A stretch of 64,000 bases of DNA from Felis catus (lineage: Eukaryota). The notes below the pieces were generated by a model. The model ran no database searches. It saw only the letters and a program-made list of their open reading frames with translations, and was not told the origin of the DNA. A program made the position numbers and the translations under genes. The stretch is taken from positions 197,286,001-197,350,000 of the forward strand of contig NC_058368.1 in NCBI RefSeq assembly GCF_018350175.1, in the 5' to 3' direction. Numbering within the stretch: position 1 is the first letter of the stretch; each line of letters opens with the position of its first letter. Shown here piece by piece: positions 26,428 through 39,817 of this stretch.

Positions 26428-26870
26428 TGACAGATTCTCTACCTTGACCAAACTTGAATCAAGTTCCTGAGTCTGACTAGGTTCCCAGCCTGAGGCTCTG
26501 TCCTGGGTCCACTTAGCCCAGGTGTAACAAGAATCCTCCTGAGTCCTTCCCTCTTAGTATCTGATCACCCTTGATATCTGATCAAATTCCTCACCTCCTA
26601 CCCTCAATATCTTATCATCCTGGCTTGCCTTCAGCAAGAATTCTGTTGAGCAAGCCTATCAAGAATCCTCATATTCCTGATGTTTTGTTTTAGTAATTTT
26701 CCATTTACTTCCCCTGTGCTGCTCCTTGGCTATAAATCTTCACTTCTTCTTGTATTCGGAGTTGAGCCTGATCTGTCTCCCCTACTGTAAAACCCCACTA
26801 CAGTAGTCCCTCCTCAAATAGGGTCTTTCTTAACATCTTTAACAAGTGTCATGAATGCTTTTTCTTTACA
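26428..26870 (+). mobile_element. ERV1 solo LTR, MER31-like, within L1 fragments (about 26165-27420)
   Basis: TGacagattctctaccttgaccaaact...ggctataaa...tttaCA, with TG...CA ends. Confidence 0.7.
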
Positions 26871-27442
26871 AAATATCAAGTCTAAAGACATTTGATTTCT
26901 CGTCACGAACTATGGGGTCTAGAAGTCTGTAAAATAACACTCTAATTACTGGGGAGTGATTGTCAGAGCTGACGAAAAAAAGTGAGACCTAACGAATGCT
27001 CTTCACAAGATGTACATTTTAAACATAAAGATAGTTTAAAAGCAAAGGGATTGGAAAATATATCACGTAAACTGCAAGCACAAGAAGGCTGGAGTGGCTG
27101 TCGTACCCAAAAAGATATACAATCATTAATGTGGGTGCTGAATAATAGATCCTTAAAATACACAAAGAAGCAATTGAGAGAATTTAAGGAAGAAATGAAA
27201 ATTCTACAATCACAGTTGGAGATCTTAACACCTTCAGCAATTAAAAGAACAAAAATTCACACATAACTGGAAGAATACACAAAGTCAGTAAAAATAAAGA
27301 TCATCCAAAAACGAATCATCTTGACATAACTGATATTTAGAGAACACCATATCCTATCACTATAGAACAGATATTTTTTTTTCTCACGCACATGGTACAT
27401 TGACTAAGACACACTGAATTTGTGGAAGAATGACCTATGCTT

Positions 27443-27661
27443 GGGGCACCTGGGTGGCTCAGTCGGTTAAGCATCCGGCTTTGGCTCAGGTCATGATCTC
27501 ACGGTTTGTGGGTTCGAGCCCCGCATCAGGCTCTGTGCTGACAGCTCGGAGCCTGGAGCCTGCTTCCAATTCTGTGTCTCCTTCTCTCTCTGCCCCTCCC
27601 CCACTTGTGCTCTGTTTCTCTCTGTCTATCAAAAATACATAAATGTAAAAAAAATTTTTTA
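27443..27661 (+). mobile_element. Feline Can-SINE
   Basis: TSD aagaatgacctatgct / aaggatgacccatgct. Confidence 0.93.
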
Positions 27662-28268
27662 AAGGATGACCCATGCTCAAACTCATACTTCATCTGTATA
27701 CCATCTAGACACCACAACCAAATACATCTTTGTAAGGACATTAATTTTGACTGTGACATTTACTCGTTTATAAATCCTTCATCACTCACCACTGCCTACA
27801 AGGTTAATTTCAATCTCTTCGGGCTGACGTACAACATGCAGCACAATCTGGCTGCCGTTCTCCGCCCCCCATCATCATGACTCATAATACTGCCTTCCAT
27901 ATAATTTTTTTGGCCATAGTTCATATGGACTCTGTATTATCTGCCAAACATACATTGAACGTTTGACTGCCAAGTCTTCATCTGTTTCTTTCCCACTACT
28001 TTTTGTACCCTCCTTCACGTTTTTGCCTAGGACTGTCTACATCCTCCAAGGTTCAGCCTGCCTGAAGGGCGTTTGGGGACGATGTGAGAACATCATGTGT
28101 TTTCGTTAGTTCACCAGCTCTGTGACTTTGGACACATTAATTTCTCTTTCTATGCCTCAAATTTCTCATCTGTAAAATGAGTATAATATTAGTAGTTGCC
28201 TAATAGGATTGCCTGATAGAATTTAAATGAGCCAGTGCATGTAAGGCACTTAGGATGGTGCTTGGCAT

Positions 28269-28300
<32 letters not shown>
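28269..28300. repeat. (TG)n microsatellite inside a MIR remnant
   Basis: Directly visible; MIR core at about 28110-28265. Confidence 0.9.
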
Positions 28301-28301
<1 letters not shown>

Positions 28302-29753
28302 TCAATTTGTGCTAGTTCTTATTGTGGTGGTGATTATGGGTGGTGACTTCTGAGAGACGATTTAATTGGGTGGTGGGACAGGTGTCAGATTTTATAATTT
28401 TCTTAGGAGCTTTTGCATCTGAGCCAGCGTTTCCTTAGTGCAATCTCCAAGTTGGCTGTTGCTGCACTGTTTGCAGAAATGGGGTGGATCTAACGAGGTC
28501 TAATTTCATTGGGACCTTTTTTGTGATGACGTGGATTGTCTGCACTGGCACTCCAATATCTTATACCCTCTCCCTGAATTTCAAGAGGTCAGTACCACTA
28601 AATTAATTTATCACATTTTAACTGGCTTCGCTGTAGGGGGTACACTCTCACCATGGAGAACATCACCCCTGTATCGAAGTGGTGGTGGGAGAAATTCTCC
28701 TTGTTTCTATCGTGTCTTCTGTTGGCCTCTCTACCTGGTCACCTATGGGACCCCATCACCAGAGATTGCACATGGGGTAGGGAAGGGGAAAGTGAGCCAG
28801 GAGACAGGGATAGATGGCAGAGGAGGAGAGAGGGGAACCGGCTCCTCACACCCCCACCAAAGCACTCTCTAGATCACAGACCTCCCTGAAACACATCAAT
28901 GAGAGGAAACCCCCACAAACGATCTGGCCACAAGCAGCAGCCAGGGTGTGGGGGTCCTAGGAAGCATCCTGCGCTATGCAGGTAGTCTGGCCACTGGGTG
29001 TCACTCTTAGTCTGTGTTTCTTTGGTGTCAAGTTCTGGCATTTGGTGGTCCTCCTCCTCTTCCCACAGGCTCCCTCCCCGCGCTGGTGTGTTTCCCCTGG
29101 AAGGCTTTACTGACTGCATAGACAGTACACTGAGAGTGAAATCACCCCAGAAGTGGATTTCTGATCTGCCCATGGAGAAATGGCCTGTTTGTCACCGAAG
29201 CAATAAATAATTCTATAACAACAGTACCCAGAAAATGAGCTCTTAAAACATAGACGTATTTCATTAATGTTATCATCGATTACTGTTATTTCCTTCTATA
29301 CATATTATTTGTGTTTATTTTGTCAATCTGTATTCTTATATTTTTACTTACTTTTTTCATCTTACTGAAGTGAACATTTAGATGAAATCGAAATTAAACC
29401 CAGACAAAAGGGTTGGGAGGAAAGACCCGAACACACAAAACCTGCAAAGAAATAGAAATCATATTTTTAAAAAACCTGTTATTTTTATCCACCTTCTTTA
29501 GAACTTGGTGTGCATTTTCAATCTGAAGATTCATGTCTTCCATTCTGGAATGTTCCTCATCATTCTCCCTGTGAATACCATCTCTTTGAGCCTCTCCTGT
29601 GCAAGTTCTATCAGATGCCACCGGGCATCTCCTTCCATCTTCCATCCTGCTTGGTTAATTCTTTCATTTTCTGGTTTCTCCCTGCCACATTCTGAGTGAT
29701 TTCTGCAGATCTGTGTTTGGGCTCACTAATTTTTTCCTCTGCTGTGCTGAATC

Positions 29754-29971
29754 TTTTTTTTTTTTTTTAACGTTTTATTTATTTTTGGGACAGAGAAAGA
29801 CAGAGCATGAACGGGGGAGGGGCAGAGAGAGAGGGAGACACAGAATCGGAAGCAGGCTCCAGGCTCTGAGGCATCAGCCCAGAGCCTGACGCGGGGCTCG
29901 AACCCACGGACCGCGAGATCGTGACCTGGCTGAAGTCGGACGCTTAACCGACTGCGCCACCCAGGCGCCCC
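29754..29971 (-). mobile_element. Feline Can-SINE within old antisense L1 fragments
   Basis: TSD ctgaatctttt. Confidence 0.93.
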
Positions 29972-30273
29972 TACTGAATCTTTTATTTAACTTACCCGGT
30001 GAGTCCTTCTACGCAGTGCCTTTGTGTTTTGTTTCCAGGGCTTCGATTTTGTTATTTATCAAATCTGTCTGTACCTTTTCCCATAATACTCTATTGCTTC
30101 ATTATGGTTCCTAATTTTAAAAATCTCTTAAATTACTTTGACTTGCCTATTCTTTCATTTCTAGCTCTATTATTTCCCATTCTTTCAATGCTGATTTACT
30201 GTCTGGTTGCAGCTGCCGGGTTTCTCTCTCATTAGTTAACTTCCTTGTGTGATGAGTATCTCTCTGTGATCTA

Positions 30274-31749
30274 CAGTTGACCCTTGAACAATGCAGGGGT
30301 TAGAAATGCTGACCCCGAGCACAGTTGGAAATCTGTGTGTAACTTTTGACTCCCCCCAGAATTAATTACTAACGCCAACTGTTAATCAGAACTGTTACTG
30401 ATAACATAAATAGGCATTAATGCATATTTTCTATGTTATATGTATTATATACTGTATTCTTCTAATAAAGTAAGCTGGAGAAAAGAAAATGTAATTGAGA
30501 CAGTCATCAAGAAGGAGAAATGGTGGCTCTAGGAATGAGCAGCGATTCAGCTGGCAGAGGGAGCATTGAGGAAGCATTTATGACCTTCTACAGTGAGGTG
30601 AAACAAATAGAAAAGACAGATTCAGTTCTAACACCCAAAAGTCAGATTGAAAGATCGACCTGCCCTGTTTCTTCCTGCTTCAATTTGAACCCATTTGAGG
30701 TTCTTCAGATCGATCCTGAAGTGACAGATGAAGGAATAAAAAAGACATTTTGACAGTTATCCATATTGGTGCATCCTGACAAAAATTAAGATGATGCTGA
30801 TAGCACAAAAGGCTTTTGAAGCTGTGGACGAAGCTTACAAGTTGCTCCTGCATCAGGAGCAAAGGAAGAGGACCCTGGATATAAATCAAGCAGGAAAAGA
30901 ATACATAGGACACACTGGGAGAGAGTGAAACAAGCAATCAAAGGAGAAACGAAACCTACAAATGTGGAGGAGGGGGATCCTGAGCTGTTCAAACAAACAG
31001 TGTATAAACAGACAGCCACACGCTTTGCTGAGCTGGAAATTGAAAGGCAAGAGAGAGGAGCGCGAGCACCCGCGAGAGGTGCAGGAAAGGAAGTAACGGG
31101 GAGAAAAGATAGAAGCTGGAGAAAAAGCCAAGTGAGAAAGGGAGTGGCAGGCAACTTTGAGGAAAGTGAAGATGACCGTGTGGACAGCTGGCGAACCTTG
31201 CAAGCATATGCAAAGGGGATTAAAGAAAAGAAATACCGGGCTGCCCTGATTTTACTTTCAGTAAAAATGGAGCAGTGTGAACCACAGAATCTTTCCCCAA
31301 CTGTCTCCCATCCTACTTTGAAAGACTCAATTCTTTTTTCTCATTTCCATACCAACATAGAGTAGATTTGCTTTTTAGTCCACTTTGTTTTCAATCCAAT
31401 TTAGTATCAATCAGAGTCATTCCTTTGTACATTGAAATAAGGGGCTCGGGTTAAAAAGAAACCATCACCCCCTCCCCACCCCTAGACCCACCAGGATTGG
31501 AAGGCGTCACCACTGGTGTTGCCTTCTCTTTCCATCTTCTTTAAGGTCATCTTTTGTATTTTACTGAATTGTGACGGTTAGAAACTTTGTGTATAGTTTG
31601 TGGAAATCATCCCATTAAACGTACTGAGTAAAAAAAAAGAAACTCATGAGGAAGAGAAAAAACATGGACAGTACTGTCCTGTATTTATCAAAAAAATCTG
31701 TGTGTAAGTGGACCTGGGCAGTTCAAACCCATGTTACTCAAGGGCAAAG
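30274..31749 (-). mobile_element. Tigger2-family (TcMar-Tigger) non-autonomous DNA transposon split by the DNAJC8 retrocopy
   Basis: TA|CAGTTGACCCTTGAACA terminal inverted repeat at 30274; degenerate mate ...gttcaaacccatgttactcaagggcaaag|TA at 31749. Halves at about 30274-30515 and 31640-31749. Confidence 0.85.
30520..31638 (+). pseudogene. DNAJC8: DNAJC8 processed pseudogene
   Basis: Intronless: EEAFMTFYSEVKQIEK...LNPFEVLQIDPEVTD...ILVHPDK (J-domain HPD)...DPELFKQ.VYKQ...NFEES.D.RVDSWR...VKMEQ. Stops at 30751 and 30787 plus frameshifts. Followed by 3'UTR, ATTAAA at 31614 and an A-tail at about 31630. Confidence 0.95.
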
Positions 31750-33227
31750 TACTCTGAACTACTCTTTAACATTAAAAAAAAAAAAAAAAAAAAAGGCTTC
31801 TCATTAACCCTACACTGTGAAAGAGTAGTTTTGTGATTGTTTCTGTTATCTCCTTAGAGAATTAACATCCAGGGGCTAGTTTTTGTCACTAACTCCCCTG
31901 ATTGGGATTCCTACAGACCTCAGGGTAAATTCAGATCCTGTATCTTCCTACAGAGCCGGCCTGGGTATTTGATTTTTTCCACACAAGCCCTCAGATAGAC
32001 ACACAGCTTCTTTAGGGGGTCCTTGGAAGGTGGAAGGAAGTCTTCTAATTCCTTTTTGATGAAATAGCAACACTTTCAGACTTCAAGCTATATGCGCGGA
32101 GCGCCTTTCCAGGTCCCCCGCTTGACCTAGGCCCAAAGTCATCTTTAGTAAGGAGGAAGGGGAATTAGAAGGCCAGCCCCAGCTCCAAGGACTCATGTTT
32201 TCACTGACACCTCACCCCAGAGTCGCCATGGCACCTGCTCTCATCTATTCGCAGGGCTTTGATTTCTGTGCTTGTTTCTGGATCCTAAGGATTTGTCCTT
32301 ATTATCTTTGTCGTCTTTTTATTCCACCTGAACCTTTAGTGATTCTGTTTGTCTTCTGGCTTTCTTTCTTTCTTTCCTCCCCATGGACCAATGTGGGTTA
32401 TTTATCTAAGCCACCTCCTGCCATAAGCGAAGGCATGGAAGGTCAGTATCCTGGACATCATTTGATACAAGTGAGGAAGGTAAGCTTAGGGTCTCATGTA
32501 TTTTTCTGGTCCACGGGCAGAGTCATGGTCCAGACCAGTGCTGTGGTCCCCAACTGGGTAGCGGTCTGGGTTCTCTTTGTTAATCTCCACAGCTGCTGGG
32601 AGGTGAATTCACGCCAGAGTTACGGAATAGAGTATGATTACCATCTCCCCAGGGAAAGGGCTTGGTGACGTACGTGGGTCGTGCCGTCTGTGAGGTGACT
32701 TCAGGAGGACGTTCGGCGTGCTTGCTCCCAGGCCAAGGAGCCCTACAAAGTAGGTGAGGGCTTTCCATGTGACAGCTGAGCCCTCTGCGTCGTGGGCCCC
32801 ACTCGGCATGGAAGTCCTCAGCTGTGCCCCGGCCTGACCTGGCAGCCCAGAAACCCAGGACCCAGCCGCCACCATTTTCAACCTCTGTCTCCTGATTTTC
32901 TTATCGGACTTTTTCAAACAGGGTCATGTGAGCTGTGGGGAAGGGTCATTTGCCGGGATACTGACACCTTCCTCGCTCTGAACCCTGCCCTCTACCCTGC
33001 TTTAAACAAGGAAGCTCTTCTTGTGCCCTGCTGTACAACAGTAGCCTCGCTGTGTGACCCTGGCAAGAACTTCAGTCTTGTGTACCTCAGTTTCTTCATC
33101 TGTAAAAAAGGAACAATAGCAGTGCTGCCTCACCGGATTGTTGTGAGGGTGAATAAGATTCATAAAGATTTTCTTTGTTGTTGATTATGGAGCTCCAAGT
33201 TACATTTCTGTTTAAAACAATGATTCT

Positions 33228-33445
33228 GGGGGCGCCTGGGTGGCTCAGTCGTTTAAGCGGCCGACTTCGGCTCAGGTCATGATCTCGCGGTCCATGGGTT
33301 CGAGCCCCGCGTCGGGCTCTGTGCTGACCGCTCAGAGCCTGGAGCCTGTTTCAGATTCTGTGTCTCCCTCTCTCTGACCCTCCCCCGTTCATGCTCTGTC
33401 TCTCTCTGTCTCAAAAATAAATAAATGTTAAAAAAAAAAAAAAAG
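33228..33445 (+). mobile_element. Feline Can-SINE
   Basis: TSD aaaacaatgatt. Confidence 0.95.
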
Positions 33446-35014
33446 AAAACAATGATTTTGAACTAAAAAAAAAAAATAATGTCCTTTTAAAATCTAGATG
33501 AGGCTTTAAAAACTATATAGATACACTCTAGACTGGGTATTTTCTAAAAGAACTTCTGGTTTGAAAGATTCTTTACCTCTATGCTAATTCTACCAGCAGG
33601 AAAGTTAATTTGAGCCAAGTTTGGCTAGCAAAGTTGGTTTTAGCCAAGCTTGGCTTATGCCTGCCAGGGTGGGCATAAAGTTCTCTATTGTTTATGATTA
33701 TTTTCCTCCAGCCCCCTGACATTCCTCCAGCCCCACTTCCCATCCCATAGCAATTCTTAGCTTTTCTTAATGACTCACAATGAGCTTGTTGTAACAGTTG
33801 TACAAGCTTCCTTCGGACTAGAGTCAGCCTGGCTTCATGGTTCGTCAACGTTGTGTCTCCTGCCCCTAGACTTTTTGCTGAAATGGCCTAACTGTAAAGA
33901 AATTGTATCTCATGGATCCTCTTTAACCTTTACATTTATGGTAACCTCTTCGACACTTCCTATGGAAGTGGGGACGATGTAGTCTCACAAAGGATGGGGT
34001 TAAGGAAAGGGCTTTGCTTTGTCTCTTAAGAGCAACAGGTATGAGGAGGGGCATTTTTCGCCTCGACTCCACCTACTCGGCAGTTGTTCAGGCCAGCTCC
34101 TCACGGATGAGCTGCTGATGGCTCTACTTACTTGGGAGCATGATCGTATTATGAATCAAATGAGATTATGAGCCAGGATTCAGCCATGAAGAATGAGGGT
34201 TGATGGCCTCCTACCACATCCCAGGGGGAAGTGCAAAAGTGGCAGGGCTGAGGCCTTGCACGGACATCCCTCTCCCCCCCCACCCTCCTTGGGCCTGAAT
34301 TCATTTTCAGTGACGGGGTGAGATGGTCTCTGTAGGTTTAGGAAAGTGACAGAAAATTGGAGTGGGCCTGTTTCTCTCTAGGCTACTCACATTGCTATAT
34401 CATCTGCCTGCCAGCTGACTGGACGTTCCTAGTATCTTCGGAAGGCCCACGCTCCCCAAGATCAATAGGGTCTTTTTCAAGTACGAATAGTGTTGTTCCA
34501 GTCCTACCCATGGATTTGGAGCTGTGGTTATAACTGAGTTGATGACTTAGAAAATAGTAGATTGATACAGTTGGTACAACAAATCCAGGGCTATGTAGAG
34601 CATGTCGTCTTATATTTTGTGGAAGCAGGGAGAATAATAAGCCAGGCCTGCCCAGCCTCTTCACTGTACCGAGGTTTGAGAATATAATGTGGTTGAGGGG
34701 TCCCTCAGTAAAAGAAGGCTGTGATGATTTTTGCTCAGCCAGGGAGGTTGGTGACCACCTTAGCTTACCCTGGAGCTCACAGCACAGTCTCAGCAGCAAC
34801 TTGGGCATTCTGATATTTGACAGAGGATGCCCAGAGCCAGTTGAGGGATATTATATATATTATGCCCAAGACAGGGCAGCAGGGAAAGTGTGGGCTCTTT
34901 CTCCCCCAGTTGCTTTAAGGGCCCAAATTGGACACTTTCTTCAGAAGGTCTCCAGCTGCCTTATTACCAAAATGAATCAGAGCCTCATTAGTTAAAGGCA
35001 ATACTACATTTCCA

Positions 35015-36030
35015 TTACCGTGAGTTGATTTGTGTAATAGTGCGAGGTAAGGATTCAACTTCATTCTTCTGCATGTGGCCATGCAGTTCTCCCAGCACCA
35101 TTTGTTGAAAGACTAATTTTTCCTCCATTGATTTGGTCCCCTTGTGGAAAATCAATTGACATGGGTTTATTTCCGGACTCTCAATTCTGTTGCAATGATC
35201 TATCCTTATATCAGTAATGCACTGTTTGATTACCATTCCTTTATAGTAAGTTTTGAAATCAGGAAGTGTAAAATTGACAACTTTACCCTTTGTTTTCTTT
35301 TTTTTTTTTTAATTTTTTTAAATGTTTATTTATTTTTGAGACAGAGAGAGACAGAGCATGAACGGGGGAGGGTCAGAAAGAGGGAGACACAGAATCTGAA
35401 ACAGGCTCCAGGCTCTGAGCTGTCAGTACAGAGCCCGACGTGGGGCTCAAACTCACTGGACCGCGAGATCATGACCTGAGCCGAAGTCGGCCGCTTAACC
35501 GACTGAGCCACCCAGGCGCCCCTACCCTTTGTTTTCAAGACCGTTTGGCTATGCGGGGTTCCTAAGTTTCCATATGGATGTTAGTGTCAGCTTGTCAGTT
35601 TCTGGAAAGGAAGCTGCTGGGATTTTGATAGAGATTACATTGAATATCTAGATTAGTCTGGGGAGTCTTGCCATCTTAATAGTATTAAATCTTCCAAATC
35701 CATGAACATGAAATGTTGTCCTTCACTGAGATCTACAATTTATTTCAGTGATGTTTTGTAGCTCCCAGAGTTTAGGTTTTGCCCTTCTTTTGTTGAACAT
35801 ATTTCTAAGTATTTTATTATTTTTGATGCTATTGTAAATTGAATTGTTTTCTTAATTTCATTTTTGGACTGTTCATCGTTAATGCAGAGAAAAAAATTGA
35901 TGTTTGTATATTGTTCTTATATCCTGCAACCTTGCTAAACTCCTCTAGTCTAATGGTTTTTAAAAATTGGATTCTTTATGATTTTCGACATATAAGATCA
36001 TGTCCCTTTAGAGTGGGGATAGTTTCCAAC
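35015..36030 (-). mobile_element. L1 ORF2 fragment with a Can-SINE (-) at 35298-35522
   Basis: ORF IDHCNRIESPEINPCQLIFHKG is L1 ORF2-like. Confidence 0.9.
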
Positions 36031-38166
36031 TTAAACACTTTTCATTTCATTTTTTTTCACCCCATTTGCCTTTAAGTACTCCAATCTTCCAACCTCACTT
36101 ATCACCTGGGGGTGAAAAGGCATTCCAGTTCTGTATCGTCAGGTGCCGTCTCTCCTTCTGCCATCCCCTCTGAGTCTGGGCTGTAGACTCTGGCTTTGAA
36201 AGCAAGTGGACTAGTAGGCCCAGGTCAGAGCAGGAAGGAGCAGAGGGTAGTGGGGAGGATGGGAGGGCACGAGCACCCCATCCTGCAGCTCCCTCAGACC
36301 CAAATGCCTGGTAGGAGCAGGGCTGGAGCCCCAGCTCACATACACCCCGGACTACGCCCACGGCTGGAGAGCCCAAACAGGGCGTGGAGCACAGAGAGGC
36401 AGGGCAGGGGCAGCACCCAGGGCTGGGGCTCTGCAGGGCAGTGTATCCTGCCCAGGCTTGAAACAGTGACAGGCCTCAGGATCCATCTTTTTGCCAATGT
36501 CAGGAGCCAAAGGCCCCTGCCTGAGCCCCTGCGACTGGTTCATGAATCCCGGTCCTCTTCTAGAGTCTTGTATTCCAAGATGAGCAAAATGAAATAGGGG
36601 AGTTCGACCTCCCCCGTGCAGGCCCACAGGGCGGCTGCACTGGGTGGGTGTCCGGGTCTGGGGGCACGGCTGCTAGCTGCTGCCACCTACTGGACACGCC
36701 CGTGCATGTCCAGGCTGAGCCGTGCCTGGGTTTCTTCCTGGGTCTCGGGGTGTAATGCAGGGATGGAAGTGTCCTTTGTGTCCTGGGACCAACAAGGGGG
36801 GTGTTTGAGCACTTGTTTGCTTTTCCTTGGTGCTGAGGTCTAGGGGCTAGACAATGACAGGAAAATAAACCCATCATTGGGAGGGGCTTGGTATGGTAGA
36901 GTCAAATACTAGGTGTAGTGCGTCCATATGAAGCGGTCCATGCACTTTCACTGCCTTTATCATCATTCACCTACATCTACCCATACGACAAGCCCATCCT
37001 CTCTCCTCTCACGCAGGCCTGCTGGACCTTCCCACAGTTTGTTCCTGACAGCGTTTCCCTGCCTGGGAATGTGGGGTGAGCTCTGTTGCCATGAGGATTT
37101 CAGGGTGTGGTCCTTCCTCTGGGCCAATTACAACGATGCTAAATGAGGCTGGCCTGTGTCCCTGTTTCCATCTCCTTGCGGGGAAGTACTCAGATAAAGA
37201 CCAGGAGAACAGGCTTCGGGCTTTCCTGCCCCGTCTCCATGCCTTCTCTTGCAAAGGCAGTAAGAATTTAAGCCTGCCTCTTCATTTCACAGTCTTGTGA
37301 GGGTCTGAATGCAGGTGCTTTCAAAGCAGCGTGACTTCACATTTGAAGGCGACGTGCTTCTGTTTCCTTTCCCTTTATTCCAGGCTGCGATTAATCTCCC
37401 TCCAGTTGTGTGGACTCAGCTTAAAGAAACACATTCCGTGCTGCCCAGCACTTCACAATGAACAAAACGCTTCCAAGGATCTTTCTAATTTTCTCTTCGC
37501 AACCGCTTTGTCAAGCCCTGGAGGTAGGAGTGACCTTCCCGCTTGATAGCGGATGCACCCCGCCCTCGAACCATCTGCTGAGAGGCTGAGCAGAGGCAGC
37601 ATCAGGGTTGAATGTGTCTAGAATCCTTTTCACCTTGCCCAGCTGGGTGCTGGCTTTTAGGAGAGACCACTGAACCCTAGACCGTCGAAAAGTCTCGAAT
37701 AACTTCTATTGGGAAAACAGTCTTCTTCTCCCTGCATAATTATGAGGACATGAAGAAAAGGGTTAATAGAAATAAAAATCTACACCCATGAGGATGTTCA
37801 CAACAATTGGTGGCCTCCAGGAAGGTGCAGGAGGAAGCCACGGGGCTCTGCTGGGAAAGTCGTCAGAGGAGAAGTACCTTGGCTCGTTCCTCTCAGGGAA
37901 TGGAATCGAGATCTGGGGAAGCAGAGGATCCCTTTGTTTAGAAATTTGTTTTGAACTTTGTTTCGATTCCAGGAAGCGAGACTAAAAACTCTCACCTAGA
38001 AACAGGAAAATGTTAGAAATCCACGTGGCTCAGCCATTGGGGCTCACTTGCTCTGCCTCTAGTGAGAGGAAAGAGGAACCCTTTCAGCCCTGAAAGGGCC
38101 CTCACCTTTCACAGGCTGCTGCCAGGGCTGTCCTCACAAAGTCTCTTCCACAAGAGTTACAATTTC

Positions 38167-38615
38167 TTTTTAACGTTTGTGTATTTTTGAAGGAGAGAGA
38201 GAGAGAGACGCACACACACAGAACATGAGCGGGGGAGGGGCAGAGAGAGGGGGAGACACAGAATCCGAAGCAGGCTCCAGGCTCTGGACTGTCAGCACAG
38301 AGCCCAATGCGGGGCTCGAACTCACAAACTGCGAGATCTCACAAACTGTGACCTGAGCCGAAGTCGGACGCTTAATCGACTGAGCTACCCAGGCGCCCCG
38401 TTTTTTAATCTTTTTAAACACTCATTTTTGAGAGATAGAGAGACAGAGTGTGAGTGCGGGAGGGGCAGAGAGAGAGGGAAACACAGAATCCGAAACCGGC
38501 TCCAGGCCCTGGGCTGTCAGCACAGAGCCCAATGTGGGGCTCGAACTCACGGACTGTGAGATCATGACCTGAGCCAAAGTTGGATGCTTAACTGACTGAA
38601 CCACCCAGGTGCCCC
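38167..38615 (-). mobile_element. Two tandem Can-SINEs (38167-38399 and 38401-38615)
   Basis: Two full SINE bodies head to tail; shared outer TSD gagttacaattt / gagttccaatct. Confidence 0.93.
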
Positions 38616-39602
38616 GAGAGTTCCAATCTTTTTAACCCAAAGCTACAGTCACAAGTCAAGCGCAACAGGCCAGGTCAAGAGATGTCATTCTCACAACGTG
38701 GGCTAAGTCCCGGGCAGAGAGAGAAGCAGTGAGCAAATGAGTATATATGATAATGTATATAATATGATCCTATATAGGATCATATGTGTGTATATAATCT
38801 TCCTTACAGAAATGGGATCGCATATACACATGTCTAGGATGTAGAGCCAAAGTTCATGGGATACTGCAAAGGGCCTGTGGTTGCCTTCAGGGAGGGCACT
38901 GGGCTTTGGTTAGGAGCAAAGTGGTTTGAAGGTGGTGTCGACTTTTCCAGATGTATAGGACTGTCACCTTGATAACACCGTTTCAAACTGAATAGGCGGG
39001 CTTCCTGCGGATCAGTACTTTCCTCACCACCCTCTACATGGGCTCCGTTTCACCCTCCACCACTATAAACGCCGTCTCTGAAATTCTCCGCTGCAGCCTC
39101 CGCCTTTTCACTTTCCCGCTCCCTGAAATCACCCCAAGCTGCTGGATTTTCTCCGTATGACCTCGGGACATGGGGATTTATCTCCTTTCATCCCCCTTGG
39201 CCTCCTCATCCAGCCTGACTCCAAGGTGGCCCATTTCAGTGACCATCTCACCAGCCCCCTGACACCTCTGCTTTGCCGGCTCTGAACTGTTGTGTGCTGT
39301 CCCTGCTCTGTCCTGAGGCTCCCGGAAGAGAGACATACACTGTCATGACTGGGCCCCTGCAGACTTTTAACAGCCGCCCCGCCTGCCCCTCACTGGGCCC
39401 AGCAGCCCTCTCATTCCTTGGCAATCAGCGTCTCACTATGCTACCCCCGTGGGCCCCTTTATTCTCCTCCTCCCTGGTTATACTGTGGCCTTCACCCACG
39501 GGCTACTCCAAATGCACAGCTCATCCCTCCGTACTCTCATCCCACCTCAGAGGAACGCCGTGCACACTCTCAAGGCCATCCCAGTTCTCCTCCTTCTGAA
39601 CT

Positions 39603-39817
39603 CTTTTTTTTTTTCTTTAAAGTTTTAAATGTTTTATTTATTTTTGAGAGAGAGACAGAGTGCAGGTGGGAGAGGGGCAGAGAAGAGGGAGACACAGAAT
39701 TGGAAGCAGGCTCCAGGCTCCGAGCTGTCAGCACAAAGCCTGGCTCGAACCCATGAACTGTGAGATCAGGACCTGAGCTGAAGTCGGTTGCTTCACTGAC
39801 TGAGCCACCCAGGCACC
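39603..39817 (-). mobile_element. Can-SINE
   Basis: TSD ttctgaactctt / ttctggactctt. Confidence 0.92.

Noticed and set aside
28400..29225. Possible ERVL-type LTR ending aataaataattctataaca
   Set aside because: Looks LTR-like, but I could not assign a family or boundaries.
30520..31365. Functional DNAJC8 retrogene
   Set aside because: Premature stops before and just after the HPD motif, plus several frameshifts.
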